Part shown: positions 12,921 to 26,442 of the stretch, one piece after another
Layout of the letters: each line of letters begins with the position of its first letter
Numbering within the stretch: position 1 is the first letter of the stretch
NCBI RefSeq assembly: GCF_009914755.1
Contig: NC_060942.1
Source of the DNA: the human T2T-CHM13v2.0 reference genome, Homo sapiens
Length of the DNA stretch: 64,000 bases
Reading direction: 5' to 3' (one strand)
The notes under the pieces: generated by a model
Database searches by the model: none
Seen by the model: the letters and a program-made list of their open reading frames with translations, nothing else
Told to the model about the DNA's origin: nothing
Made by a program: the position numbers and the translations under genes

Positions 12921-14499
12921 TTATATTTTATATAGCAAATATATATATATATAAGCCATATATATATGGAATATATATATCTGGATATACATTAGCCATA
13001 TGTATATGGAATATATATATTATATGACATGTATATAACATGTATATATATGTATATACATATTATATATGTATATACATATATAATTAAAGCTCAGCAT
13101 ATATACATATATGTATACATATATGTATATGTACATATACACATACATATACGTACATATACGTACATATATACATATGCATATACATACATATATGTAC
13201 ATATATACATATGCATATACATACATATATGCACGTATATACGTATACATACATATATGCATGTATATACATATACATACATATATGCACGTATATACAT
13301 ATACATATATGTACATTTATACATATGCATACATACATGTACATATATACATATACACATACATATATGTATACATGCATACATATGTGTATACATACAT
13401 ACATATATGCATGTATACATGCATACACATGTATATATGCATGTATACATGCATACACATGTATGTACGCATACATACAATATGTATACATATATATGTA
13501 CGCATACATATGTATGTACACGTACATATGTATGTACACGTACATATGTATGTACACGTACATATATATGTACACGTACATACATATGTGTGTAAGCATA
13601 CATGTGTGTAAGCATACATATGTATGTACGTATACATATGTATGTACGCATACATACATATGTATGTATACATACACGTATACATACATATGTATGTACG
13701 TATACATACATATACATGTATATATACACATGTATGTATACATATATATACATTTATATGTATATACATACATGCATATGTACAGACATGCGTGCATATA
13801 TACATCCATATGTACATGCATATACATATACATGCATATATATAAATACATATATATGTGCATGCATATATATGTACATACATATACCTGTACATGCATA
13901 TATATACCTATACATACATATATGTACGTACATATATGTATGTATACGTATACATACATATATGTACGTACATATATGTATATATACGTATACATACATA
14001 TATACATATATGTATATATACGTATACTTACATATATACATATATACATATATACATATATATGTATATGTATACATACATATATACATGTATAACATGT
14101 ATATAATATATAACATGTATATATTATATATGGAATATATATAATATATAACATGTAGCTATTTTTATATATATATTCCATATATATACCATATATATAC
14201 ACACCATATATACCATATATATACACACCATATATATACCATATATATATACATGCACCATATATATACACACACCATATATATGTGTGTGTATATATAT
14301 ATACACACATATATATGTGTATATATATATACACACATATATATGTGTATATATATATACACACACATATATATGTGTATATATATACACACACATATAT
14401 ATGTGTATATATATATACACACACATATATAGTGTATATATATATACACACACATATATATATAGTATATATATATATACACACACATATATATATATA
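12921..14499. repeat. ~1.6 kb degenerate (TA/CA/TG)n alternating purine-pyrimidine tract
   Basis: Directly visible. Sub-arrays such as GTACACGTACATATGTAT and ATATATACACACACATATATATGTGT. Confidence 0.97.
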
Positions 14500-14539
14500 T
14501 TCCAGTTTTGTAAATTTTTGCCTGTCTGTAGCCCAGGGT

Positions 14540-15015
14540 CCCCAGGTTTTTGGGTGCACACTGTGAAAAAGTACCAACTTAAAACTGCTGCGCCTTGAGT
14601 TCTCATTGTTTCAAAAAGTTCCAGGGAGAAGCTCAACTCAGGAAAAACAGAAACTGGTTGGATCCAGAGGTACCTGAGTTGGAGATAAACTTTGGGGAAC
14701 TCCACTCATTACCATACTAAATCCCTGCTCAGGGAGGAGCTTACTAGCCATGTTCTATACATGTGACATATGTAGAAGCATGATCAGGTCTATGCCTGGT
14801 CTACCTTTACTCTGCCTCTACATGCAATGACTCAGCTAACCAGCCCAATACAAGCTCTGTTTTCACCATTTTTCTGGGAGGCACTGCTTTGAGAACTATC
14901 CCTGGTGCCCTTCTTACTTGTTGCAAATAATAAAATCCCCTTGTTAAATTTTCCTCGGTTGCAGTCATTAGTGTGTGACCCACCAGGTGATCAAACCCAC
15001 CTGTTGTGTGTGTAA
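14540..15015 (+). mobile_element. Solo ERV LTR (family uncertain)
   Basis: TG start, LTR-like length, aataaaatccccttgttaaa polyA-signal region. Confidence 0.5.
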
Positions 15016-15639
15016 AATCTAGTTACACTCAAGTGATCAGCAGGTAAAGGAAACCCACATAATCATCAGTTCATCAACTATAGTGTATTTACTTTATCCT
15101 TTTCCCAAAAATCAGGTGCTCTCTATGGATCTCCAGCATTTACAGATCTATGAAAGATTTTACCAGTCTACTAAATATTCCCACCCTTGGGCCAAACTTA
15201 CCCAATTGAGGCAAATATATTAGTAGGCCAAACATATTTCTAGAACAAAAGGAAAGAAATGAAGAATCCAATTTTTAAAAGGATACGAGTGTATTAAATT
15301 ACAGAGACACCAAGAATGAGAAAGATGTCTCTCACTCCAGAAATTCATGCTTCCTTGAGTGAAAACAGGAGGAAAAGTTTGAGATGAGAAGGAAGAGGAA
15401 GCCGCTGCTCAGTGGGCAAACCATCCTATCAAAACGATTTTGTAGTTGCTTTATTTTCTTTTATGACCACTTAATTTTATACTTGCAGTGCAATTGGGAC
15501 TTAGTAGATTTGGAAATTAATATTGAAATGCTTTTGTAGTGAATATAGCACCAAATATACCCTATATTGACACTAAAAACTGACACTATACTTGCTTTGC
15601 ATTTGCATACACATTCATTGCAGCAACCTTGTACAATTC

Positions 15640-16100
15640 CATTTTAGAAGGGAGGAAATGAAGGGCCAGATAAATTATGATAGGATTTGAAATCCAGAAG
15701 CCCTTCCATGTAGCCTACACCCTTATTTCACAGATTCAAAGACAGAAACCTAGAGATGTCAAACTAGCACTCACAGCTAGTTAGCGGCAGAGCATGGACG
15801 TAATCTCTGGTCCTCTAGTTCTCCAGGCCTGCTAGCTGGCTTCTTTAGAGTAATAAAGCCAGCAGTGAATGCCTACACAGTACTTGTCATGGGTCAAGAT
15901 CAGTATTGTTTCAAGCACTTCACACATATTAACTCATTATTCCCACAACACCCTGTGAGGTGGGTCTTCCCATTTACAGGTGATGAAATGGGAGCACTTA
16001 GAAATTAAACAAGTGTGCCTAGCATCATACACCTAGCAAATGGCAGGCTTCGGATGTGAACCCAGATTGCAACACCCCAGTGCCTCTTAACCACTATGCC
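15640..16100 (-). mobile_element. Cluster of MIR fragments
   Basis: ccattttagaagggaggaaatgaagg and cccatttacaggtgatgaaatgggagc MIR cores. Confidence 0.7.
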
Positions 16101-18202
16101 AAACGCCTGAACTCAGATGCTGATTTCCTCCTTTCTTAGTTTCATTTTCTCACTGACGAATAGAAAACTTTAAATAGTTGTTACTGTCTTAAGCATGCAT
16201 AGGAGTTTCACATGGCTAGATGCAATGAACCTGGAGATTTTCCCAAGGTAAGCTGAAATAATATTATCTCTTGTGGCACTTGGTGCTGTTGCTGAACTTC
16301 TCTTTACACTGTTCCCTTTCATAGCACGTTGAAAAGAGGCTCCTGCTTCAATCCAGCCATTTACTCCACAAAGGTATATTGAACACCTGTTATGCAGAAG
16401 GGATTATAATCCCTGCTCTCAAGGAGACTATAACTTAGTCATGGTGTGAAGTGAGGAATTTGGGATGGTAGAGGTAAAATTTTTTTACAATACAAGAGCA
16501 AAAGGATCAGTTGTTTTTAAAAAATGATATAGCAAATCATGGCTGTAGTCTCCAATAGGTTAATAAGTACACAATTAAATATAAGATAGAGTTGTAATAA
16601 CATTTTAGAAGAGAGACAGTGATCATGACTTTGAAAGTAATAAATACAGTAATAATGGCTAATGTAAGACACAATGGTTTGTAACAGTTAGTTCATTTAT
16701 CTTCAACAGAAGGACAATTTTTAACATTTTTTAAAAACTGTGTGCCGAAGTTTGTTTCATACTTTTCAAAGAGAAAGGACTTGATCATATCTGTATGTGA
16801 GGAAAAGCAAATTGCACAATGTTTGAAATTAATGACTAGATACATTTTCTTCTGCCCCCAAACAAGCCTCTATTTCCCCAAAACAAAAATTTTCTAAAGT
16901 ACCTTGGAATATCCTGGTAATCTCTGGAAGTTGAAAATATTTTAGTACCCGAGATTTAAGCCAGAAACAATTTTGTTTTTATCTGCTGGCAAGAGGGAAG
17001 TTATAATATATTCTTTAATAGTATAAAGTCTACAAAAGGGGATCTAATAATAGATTCTACAAAAATCTTTATTGTGGAATGCTGATTGTACTTTAAACTT
17101 CAAGCCCAGGTAATATGCATGCATTTATACTGTTCAGATTTTATTATTTATGCCTCTGACATAAGTTAAAGAGCCAGCAGCTAGGCAGTAAATAGAAACA
17201 ATTATTTATTACCTAGCCGGCATTTTTATTCATTTTTGCTGACTCATAAATTCCCTGATCTGCTCACATTAAGCCAACGTGTCTTTATTTGCATGCAGTC
17301 AAAAGGAGGAATTATGACTCTGAAATCAGGAGATCTCTCCCTTAGCTGCCGTGACTCTATGGGGCACACATTGATGGCTAGATTGTCATTTGTTCATTTT
17401 TGCCTTTGCTATTATTTTCTCCCCACACAGATTGCTTGCCAAATGTTTCTGGAAACAGCATGGTCGTTTCCACTTGGAACAACTCACTGTTGGATGCTTA
17501 TATTTCTTCCGCTGTCAACTTCAGTAACTTGGTCAGAATGACGCCAGCTCTAGTCACAAGTAAATCATTGCTTCATATGAAATTCCTCATTTTTATTGTA
17601 GAGGGTGTTAAATACAATCTTGACTCATAAAGTGATTTATTTCCTCAGTGAGTACAAAGCACATTAATCCAATATCTCCAAAATCATTGTAGTCACCAGA
17701 GAGGCCAGATTGAACTCTATATCCAAATTATCTCTAGAATCCTTTATGTAACCTGAATCCTTCCTCTCTACACTTGTGTTAGAAGAACAAATATTACTCT
17801 CAGGAGCTTTTAGTTGAAACAGTCATCATGATATTTTTGTACAGTGCTGTGTAATCAACATGCATGCATGTATTTCACTCGGGTTTTCTACATTTTATGT
17901 ACATGTACAAAACATTAACAGGTTGGAAGAGTAGGTATTTTAGAAATGGAAAAGCTAAGACTCAGAAGCTAGAAGGCTTGTCCAGGGTGACACAGGCAGC
18001 AAGCGGCCTTTGGCAAGTGTCAGAATCTCCTGACTCCCTGACCACTGCCCCTTCTCATACCATGGTCCCCCAACAAGCCAAAGACAGCTAAGGTTAAAAA
18101 TAGAGGTAATGTGTTGGACAATTCACAAAAAGATCTCATTGCTGGGATGCATAAACATATTTGACCATTAATCTGTTACCTTAAAAAAAAAAAAACCATG
18201 AT

Positions 18203-18495
18203 TGGCTGGGCGCAGTGGCCTGTAATCCTAGCAATTTGGGAGGCCAAGGCAGGAGTATTGCTCAAGCTCAGGAGTTTGAGACCAGCCTGGGAAACATGAT
18301 GAAAACTTGTCTTTACAAAAAATACAGAAAATTAGCTGGGCATAGTGGCACGTGCTTGTAGTCCCAGCTACTTGGGAGGCTGAGATGGGAGGCTCATCTG
18401 AGCCCAGGAAGGCCGAGGCTGCAGTGAGCCCTGATGGCACCACTGCACTCCAGCCTGAGTGACAGAGTGAGAACTTGTCTCAAAAAAAAAAAAAC
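18203..18495 (+). mobile_element. AluJ
   Basis: J-type motifs (gctcaggagtt, gaggctgcagtgagc). TSD ccatgat. Confidence 0.9.
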
Positions 18496-18639
18496 CAAAA
18501 CCCCATGATCTTGGGTAAAGAACTAAGCCACACAAGGTGGCTCAGTCTTCAAGCACTAGCAGGCTGCAACTCAGTTACTGGTTTCCTCTTACTGCTTTCT
18601 CCCCTCTTTGACTTCAGCTACATTTCCTTTTAAAAATGT

Positions 18640-18942
18640 GTATTTATTTATTTATTTTGAGATGGAGTCTCTCTGTGTCATCCAGGCTAGAGTGCAGTGG
18701 CCTGCGATCTTGGCTCACTGCAATCTCCACCTCCCAGGTTCAAGCGATTCTTCTGCCTCAGCCTCCTGAGTAGCTGCGATTACAGGCATGCACCACCACG
18801 TCTGGCTAATTTTTGTATTTTTAGTAGAGACGGGGTTTTGCCATGTTGGCCGGGCTGGTCTTGAACTCCTGACCTCAGGTTATCCACCTGCTTCGGCTTC
18901 CCAAAGTGCTGGGATCACAGACGTGAGCCACTGCTCCTGGCC
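18640..18942 (-). mobile_element. AluSx-like
   Basis: Antisense dimer with TSD ctacatttccttt. Confidence 0.95.
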
Positions 18943-19658
18943 CTACATTTCCTTTAACTTGTCCTATTTGTCTTCTGCCTTTCCCCTATTTTAGATCCCT
19001 TTTATTTGATGTCTTTAGTCCCTTAGGTTTCTTCCACTCCTTTAACCAATTCCATTTGATAAAGATGCCCTTTTGTCTAATGTTGCTTTTTCTCTCAGAC
19101 AGTGAAAATTGTGTGAGCTTTGAAACTTTATCAACCTAGGATGGAACCTCAATTCAGTTGCCTGCTATGTGACTTCAGGAAAGTACAATATTTCCCCCAT
19201 GCAGAAAATCAGATAAATTAGAACTCACTTCATCCAGTTGCTATGAGCTTTTTAATGATAATTAAATTGCTATATGCACAGTGCCTGGCACAGGGAAGGT
19301 AATCCAAAAGGTAAATTCCATTCCCTTGATATGATCATATTCCATCCTCTGTGTGCATTTGGGACACTTATTTTGTATTTACAGTGCACTGCAATGATGG
19401 CCAAGAGGCTAATCATGAAAAAAACAAGGCTAAGATGAATGCAATACACATCCTCTAAATATAATAGCTATCTGGTCCAACATCTGTATTATCACGATGA
19501 ATTTAGATAGAAGCATATAAAATTGCCTACTAGAGTGAAAATCTCTTAGTAATTTATACATGCAAATAGCTTAAACCTTACATTTAGAAAATTGTGAAAA
19601 ATATATTCTTTTCACAATCCAGTGCCACAAGGCTTATTCCAAAAAGATGCATGAACCT

Positions 19659-19991
<333 letters not shown>

Positions 19992-21168
19992 TCATTTGTT
20001 ATTAAATAAACATTTACTGAATTTCTGTTTAATATCTGACTTCCTGGAGCCTAGGTTAGTTTCCACAGAGAAAAGCGCCCAAAAGTTACAATGGGCATTA
20101 TTGATTGAATTCTAATGCATTCCCAGTTGATGTGGAGCAACCAAAGATAGGCTTCAAGGAAATTTGGAATCCACATGATTTCAAAATAGACGGGAAACTA
20201 AGGAATCCTTGCCACTGTGGAGCTATTTCATGATGGCAGGTATTAGGTTTGGAAGGTGGAAATGGCTCCTTGGGCTCAGTGTCCCCAGTGCTATTTCTAC
20301 CAGACTTCATGGTTTTACATATCCATTCCATGCCTCTGGGCCCAGATTCCTGGACATCCTTTGGAAAATGACAAAAGAACGTTTCTCTTAATTTGGTCTC
20401 TAATTTTAATCATGAATGTCAAGGTAAAAAAACCCTTAGATCATCTAGTCGAAGCCTCTATTTTATAGGTAAGGAAACTGAGGCCTAGAGCAGCAGAGAC
20501 TTATCTAAATCATACATCTGGTCAGAAGCAGAGAGGGACTGGGTTGACTATGGGGCAGAGACATCAGACAGAGAGTGTTGCCTTTTGAGCAGAAAGTGCC
20601 ATGATAAAATCAGTGCTTGGCTCCTTAAGCTAGGCTTTAAGCCTTCAGAAGTGTACATGGTGAATTAACCTAATGCAAATGATGCGAGAGTGGTCAAGAT
20701 GCTTGCATGAGAATGCTGCTTTTTGTGCAATATTTTAAGAGTATGAGCTGTAAAACCTAAGAAAAAAGGCATATTATGAAGTTTACATACATTTTTTCCC
20801 TCCAAAAATGACAAATTCTTTATTGGTGAGAATTTTAGGCTGCAAGTTTGAAGTCAAAGGTCATCACTGCTAAGGGAAGTTCTCTTTCAGAAAGATGTTC
20901 AGGGAGAGTTGTAGAGACTGATAAATTCCCATATCATGTTTCTAAATATCTTGCATATGACATACAGGTCTCCTTATAAGAAAGAAAAGGCCTGACAATG
21001 GGAAATGATCATGATTCAACATTAAGTGAGATAGTGTGATTTCAAATATTTAAAACACTTACACATGGAAAAACTGAAAAACAGTATTCCAAAATATTAA
21101 TAGCAGTTATCTCTGAATTGTGGCTGATTTGTTTCCTTTTTAACATTTTTTGGCACTTGCTAATTTTC

Positions 21169-21275
21169 TGAGACCAGCCTGACCAACATGGTGAAACCCC
21201 GTCTCTACTAAAAATACAAAAATTAGCTGGGTGTGGTGATGTGTGCCTGTAATCCCAGCTACTCAGGAGGCTGAG
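21169..21275 (+). mobile_element. Internal AluS fragment with no tail and no TSD
   Basis: tgagaccagcctgaccaac...actcaggaggctgag embedded in L1ME-like sequence. Confidence 0.9.
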
Positions 21276-21311
21276 TAATAAATATACATTACATTTATTC
21301 TTTAAAAGATT

Positions 21312-21436
21312 GGGCCAGGCACAGTGGTTCATTCCTGTAGTCCCAGCTATTCGGGAGGTTGAGGCGGGAGGATCACTTGAACCCAGGAGTTCAAGGCTGC
21401 GGTGAACTATGATTGCACCACTGCACTGCAGCCTGG
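21312..21436 (+). mobile_element. FRAM/FAM-like Alu monomer
   Basis: Single arm with ggagttcaaggctgcggtgaactatgat. Confidence 0.75.
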
Positions 21437-21589
21437 AAGTTTTTTCCAAATGTATATATAATATGTACGTGTGTGTGTGTGTGTGTGAATATGTCTACAC
21501 ACTCACACTTATCTTCATGTTTTAAAAGAGCCATTATCTGACTTAGTGTCAGTTATCATAACCATATCATACCCAGAGTATAGTTACCA

Positions 21590-21708
21590 AACGAGACAGA
21601 AAGTTAAAAAGGATATCCAGGAATTGAACTCAGCTCTGCACCAAGCAGACCTAATAGACACCAACAGAACTCTCCACCCCAAATCAACAGAATATACATT
21701 CTTCTCAG
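21590..21708 (+). mobile_element. 119-bp internal fragment of a young L1PA ORF2 (endonuclease region)
   Basis: Encodes TRQKVKKDIQELNSALHQADLIDTNRTLHPKSTEYTFFS. No tail or TSD. Confidence 0.9.
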
Positions 21709-22043
21709 AACCTGGGGTATTCTTTAAGATGGGGTAGGGAGTACAGCTGGACCCCAGGCAGATAGCACCACCCACTCCCCTCTCTTTTTCCTCACCCTAC
21801 TACCCACAGACTTTCAAGTCTGAGGAAAACCCCCACCTTCTTCTACCCTGTTACTAGATAACTTTCTTTCTAATACTCTGACCAACCCTTACCCCTCACC
21901 ATTTGTGAGTGGGGGTGGTTGGGTGGGGGAAGAAAAATCTTCATAGTTTAGGTTGGCTTAGACTTCGGGAATGTAAAATAAACATCTGGCGGGGGTGGGA
22001 GAGGGCTGGGAAACTTTCATTAATACAAGTGTATTAATATTAG

Positions 22044-22160
22044 TCACAGCTGTAATCCCAGAGCTTTGGGAGGCCAAGGTGGGAGGATTGCTTGAGCCCA
22101 GGAGTTTAAGACCAGCCCGGGCAACACAGCGAGATGCCATATCTAAAAAAAGAAAAAAGT
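22044..22160 (+). mobile_element. FLAM-like Alu monomer
   Basis: Left-arm sequence followed by an A tail. Confidence 0.8.
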
Positions 22161-22555
22161 CAGAAACAAGTTGAACCCTGTTTGCTGACTTCAAAAAAGA
22201 GAGTTCCAGCAGAGGAGTATTAAAAGGATATGCTTTGATGAAATCATGACAATCCAAGGTTTTATAGGAGGACAAACCAGCAATTTGAGGGCCCTGGGTC
22301 TTTTTCCTTCGGAACTGTCTCAGCCTCCTGCTCTCCTGCTTCCCAGCCACCGTCCACATGTCCTTATTCTGTGGAAATGGCTGAATTCTTCATCCACTTT
22401 CCAGCCTAGGTAGCAGACACCAGCCCAAAGATAATTTCACGTGAGCCCAAAGACATAGAGACAGGGAGGGGCGGCTCCTGAGAAGCAAACACACAGGACC
22501 ACGCCTGGTGACAAAGGTAGTTTTACTGCCATGCTGAAGTTAACTGAGCCCTGAG

Positions 22556-22727
22556 TAGGTTGCCACATAAAACCCAGGACATTCCCGTACAATTTGAATT
22601 TCAGATAAACAATGAATATATTTGTATGCAAGTATGCATACTTACACTAAAAATTATTGGTTGTTTATCTGCAATACAAATTTAGCTAAGCATCCTGTAT
22701 TTTTACTTGCTAAATTTGTTAATCCTA
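22556..22727. mobile_element. MER53 hAT MITE
   Basis: taggttgcca...aatttgaatttcagataaacaa...ttgctaaatttgttaatccta, quasi-palindromic. Confidence 0.75.
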
Positions 22728-24299
22728 AATCCTGAGTAAAGTGATGAGATCCAACAAAATAAAACGTTCACCCAATTTAAACACTTAAATAAATTCTACT
22801 GACAGTCCAGTTCTAATGTTAATTTTCTTATTTTAAAGGTCTGTATTTCACAGTATTCTCAGCTTATATTATTTTGGGATCTGTAAACTTCAGTAACATC
22901 TTTTACTTGTTAGAATGTAAATTATTTTAATAATAATCTGTGATTATTTACATAATTTATATCACTGTAATTAAGCTTTAAGTACTTACAATATGTATCT
23001 TCCCTATTTAAGAATAATTCTAATTGATAGCAAATTCTTTTCTTTTTCAGAATGAGCCTTTCAATCATAGAGAGACTGAAAGACTGAGACTGCATTTATT
23101 TCAGAAAGTGATTGGTGCAGAGGTATGATGATATATTTTCAGTGTGTCTATCAAGAAGGTGGTGTTGAAATATCTGTGGCAATATTGGCAAGGAGTCAGT
23201 CTCTTGCTATTTCACAATGGCCTTAATCCTAGTGATGGCAATTTCTTCTTGCAACAAAGAAAGACAGTGACACCAAAGGAGAAATATTCAAAGTGGGATG
23301 AAAGGGGTTGACATTAGAAAAGACTTCATGGTGATTGGAAAAAAATGGAAAAAGATTTTGAAAGCACTCCATCACAGGGCACACTACAATCACAAACTTC
23401 ATGCCTTACACAGTTTCCTTTCCTGTCATACTAACTGTGCTTCTTCAACATCTCCTGGGAACCAGAAGAAAGAGCAAGGTTTCCAAACACCAATAGGTGA
23501 ATTCAAGCAACCCACATCTAGATGGAGCACCACTCAATAATGCTCAAAAGCCAGATGAGAGACAACGTGCAATTGCCTTATCCCAAATGGTTAACAGCTG
23601 TGTTCAAATACTCCACCAAGGAGTTTGGCCAAGCATGCAGCAAGAAACAGATGGAATAGAGTGCCTCAGTCAGTGCAGTAGAAAAGCCATAGGATTAAAA
23701 GGTCAGAATTTTGGACACAACTCTGCCAGCAACTAACGTTGGCCTGGGCAAATTTCTCAGGTTCTCCCTCTGTAGAATGAAGACATTGAATAAGACTAAA
23801 CAGGTGCGTTCTCTGTCAGGCTAAACTCCAAAGAAACTTAATTCAATTATTTTTTCCCCAAAACCTCAATTCCCTTGCCTCCCTTTTTCCCCCATGCCTA
23901 CCTGGCAAAGGCCCAACCCTCAATCATGCCAACTATTTCTAATCTCTGAACTACCAACTCCTGGACAACTGAGAACCACAGGAGAAAGTGGCACCACTGA
24001 GGTCAGTGCCTCACCAGATCCCTAGCCAGCAGCCCACCCTCACTCAGCAAAGGCCCTGTCCTCAGTTTAGAGAAGTCAGGGAACTCCCTCAAGTCCCTCC
24101 TGGTTTGCTCTGCTGGCTCACTCCCAATGCATTAATTGTTTTCCTCTTCCTGTCTCAGCAGAAAAGGATCTTGCCCTAGATGATGCTTCATTATCATTGC
24201 TCTACGAGATAACTTTCTTCTCTTCTATTTTATCGGAAGATTCCCTCAGCATGATATATTTATATCATCTATTTTTAAGAAAAAAAAAAAAAAAAAAAA

Positions 24300-25330
24300 A
24301 ACAACCCTCTCTTATCTGCCCTTTCCTGCTGTTTCCTTTCTTAAGACTTAAGCTCTCTGAAAGAGTAGTCTGTATTTATCATTTCCACTTTCTTATTTTA
24401 ATTCTCTCTTCCACTCACTTCTATCTGTTTTCTGCTACCAACACCCCAGCGAGCACCTCCTAAGGTCATCACCTGTCTTATTGTTAAATCTAGTCGGCAC
24501 TTTCTAGCCCACAGGCCTAATAGCACTTTGCACTAAAATGTGTGCTCTGAAATGACCTTTCTCTTGGCTTTTATGATCTCTGTCTCCCCTTCTGCTCTCT
24601 CCCCTCCATCCTACCACCCAGTCTATTCCTTACATGTTGATATCCCCAAGGGTAGTGTTCCAGGCTCTTATTCCCTGGCTGGATTTACATACCAAGTTTC
24701 CAATATGCTTAACTTTTCCAAAACTGAACTCATCATTATGCTGTTTAAACCCTCTATTTCTTTCTCATCTGGGGGGATCAGCAGGTACCTAATCATTGAT
24801 AACAGAAATCTTAGCACCACACTTAAATTCACCATTCCTCACACCTCAATTATAATTGGTCACTGAATCATATCAATTCCATCTCTTTAGTGTCATCTTC
24901 ATTATCAGGCAGATCTAATCTGGTCAGCCACCAACCCGTGACACCCAACTGAAAACCTGTACAGGTTCTAGAGCACCTATAAGATAAAGCTTACCTCTTT
25001 GCCATGGACCTCAAGGCCTTTTTAAAGCCATTCTTTCCATACCTCATTGATCTCATCTCCAACCTCTCTCCTCTGTTGCATCCTAGAGTTTTGCTAAAAC
25101 AAATGCCTGAGGTCTCAAAAATGTGCCATGCTCTCATGCTGACAGGAACCTTGCACCTGCTTATCCTTTCTGCTGGAATTCTCTCACAAATCCTCGGTTT
25201 CCCATTTCAGCTGCCCAACTTGTACTCATGTCTCAAGACTCAGTCCTCTCCACCTACAAATCTTTCTCGGTGCCCAGTCCAAGTTGCTGCTCCTCCTATG
25301 TGCTCCCCAAGGTCACTGCTTCATTTTACC
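24300..25330 (+). mobile_element. L2 relic
   Basis: Pyrimidine-rich L2 motifs (tccaaaactgaactcatc, ttgcacctgcttatcctttctgctggaat). It resumes at ~26350-26510. Confidence 0.65.
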
Positions 25331-25334
25331 TTGC

Positions 25335-26346
25335 ATCAGTTTTCCAGAATGGCCACAACAAACTACTACAAGTCTGGGTGGTTAAAATAGAAGAAGTTGG
25401 CCAGGCGCGGTGGTTCATGCCTGTAATTCCAGCACTTTGGGAGGCCAAGGCAGGTAGACTGGTTCAAGCCAGGAGTTCGAGACCAGCCTAGCCAACATGA
25501 TGAAACCCCATGTCTACTAAAACTACAAAAATTAGCCAGGCGTGGTGGCACATGCCTGTAATTGAAGCTACTCAGAAGCCTGAGGCATGAGAATCATTTG
25601 AACGACTTTGCAGTGAGCTGAGATCATGCCACTGCACTCCAGCCTGGGTGACAGTGTGAGACTCTGTCTCAAAAAACAGAAGAAATTTATTCTCTCATAG
25701 TTCTAGATGCTCGAAGTCCACAATCACAGTGTCTCTCTGAAGACTCCAGGGAACATTCTTTCCTTGCCTCTTCTAGCCCCTGGTATCCCAGACAACCCTT
25801 GATGTTCTTTGGCTTGCAAATGCCTCACTCTAATCTCTGCCTCTGTCTTCACCTGATCCTCTCTGTGTCATCTCCTCTCCTTATAAGGACACCAGTCATT
25901 AGATTTAGGGCCTATCAAGTGTGACCTGATCTTAAGTAATTACATTTACACAGACCCATTACCAAATAAGATCACAATTTTTTTAAAATTTTTAATTTTT
26001 ATTTTTAGAGACAGGATATTGCTCTGTTGCCCAGGTGAGAGTGCAGTGGTATGATCCTAGCTCACTGCAGCCTTGAACTCTTGGGCTCATGTGATCCTCC
26101 TCAATCAGCCTCCCAAGCGGCTAGGACTGCAGATGTGTGTCGCCAAGCCCAGATAATTTTTGGGAGACATGAGGTCTCACTGTGTTGCCCAGGCTGCTCT
26201 CAAACTCTTGGCCTCAAGTGATTCTGCCACCTTGGCCTCCCTCAGCACTAGGATTATAGGCATGAGCTACTGTGCCCAGACAGTATTACATTCTGAGGTT
26301 CCAGTTGGACATGAATTTTATGGCGGCACAATATTCAACCCACTAC
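25335..26346 (-). mobile_element. MLT1 LTR interrupted by two Alus
   Basis: agaaatttattctctcatagttctag...ccaaataagatcaca|ttctgaggt...attcaacccactaca. Confidence 0.8.
25399..25677 (+). mobile_element. AluS with a short right-arm deletion
   Basis: Alu dimer reading gaacgactttgcagtgagc where consensus has gaacccgggaggcggaggttgcagtgagc. Confidence 0.9.
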
Positions 26347-26442
26347 ATGTCATGACATTTGTAATACTGTAATGAAGGAGTCTATTTTTCCATTTCCCCC
26401 ATCAGACAGTGAGGTCTTTGAGGATGGATCCATGTAATACTC
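25913..26442 (+). repeat. Local duplication, copy 1 (MLT1 end + antisense AluJ + L2 flank)
   Basis: Colinear with 27781-28602 across the element junctions. Confidence 0.92.

Noticed and set aside
12921-14499. CRISPR-like or other repeat-spacer array
   Set aside because: No constant repeat with unique spacers. It is a degenerate microsatellite in primate DNA.
13020-14705. Tyr/Ile/His/Met/Cys-rich ORFs up to 496 aa
   Set aside because: Translations of the alternating dinucleotide repeat in all frames.
23298-23540. HMG-box-like peptide (KDFMVIGKKWKKI)
   Set aside because: Only a short superficial resemblance, and the rest of the domain is absent.
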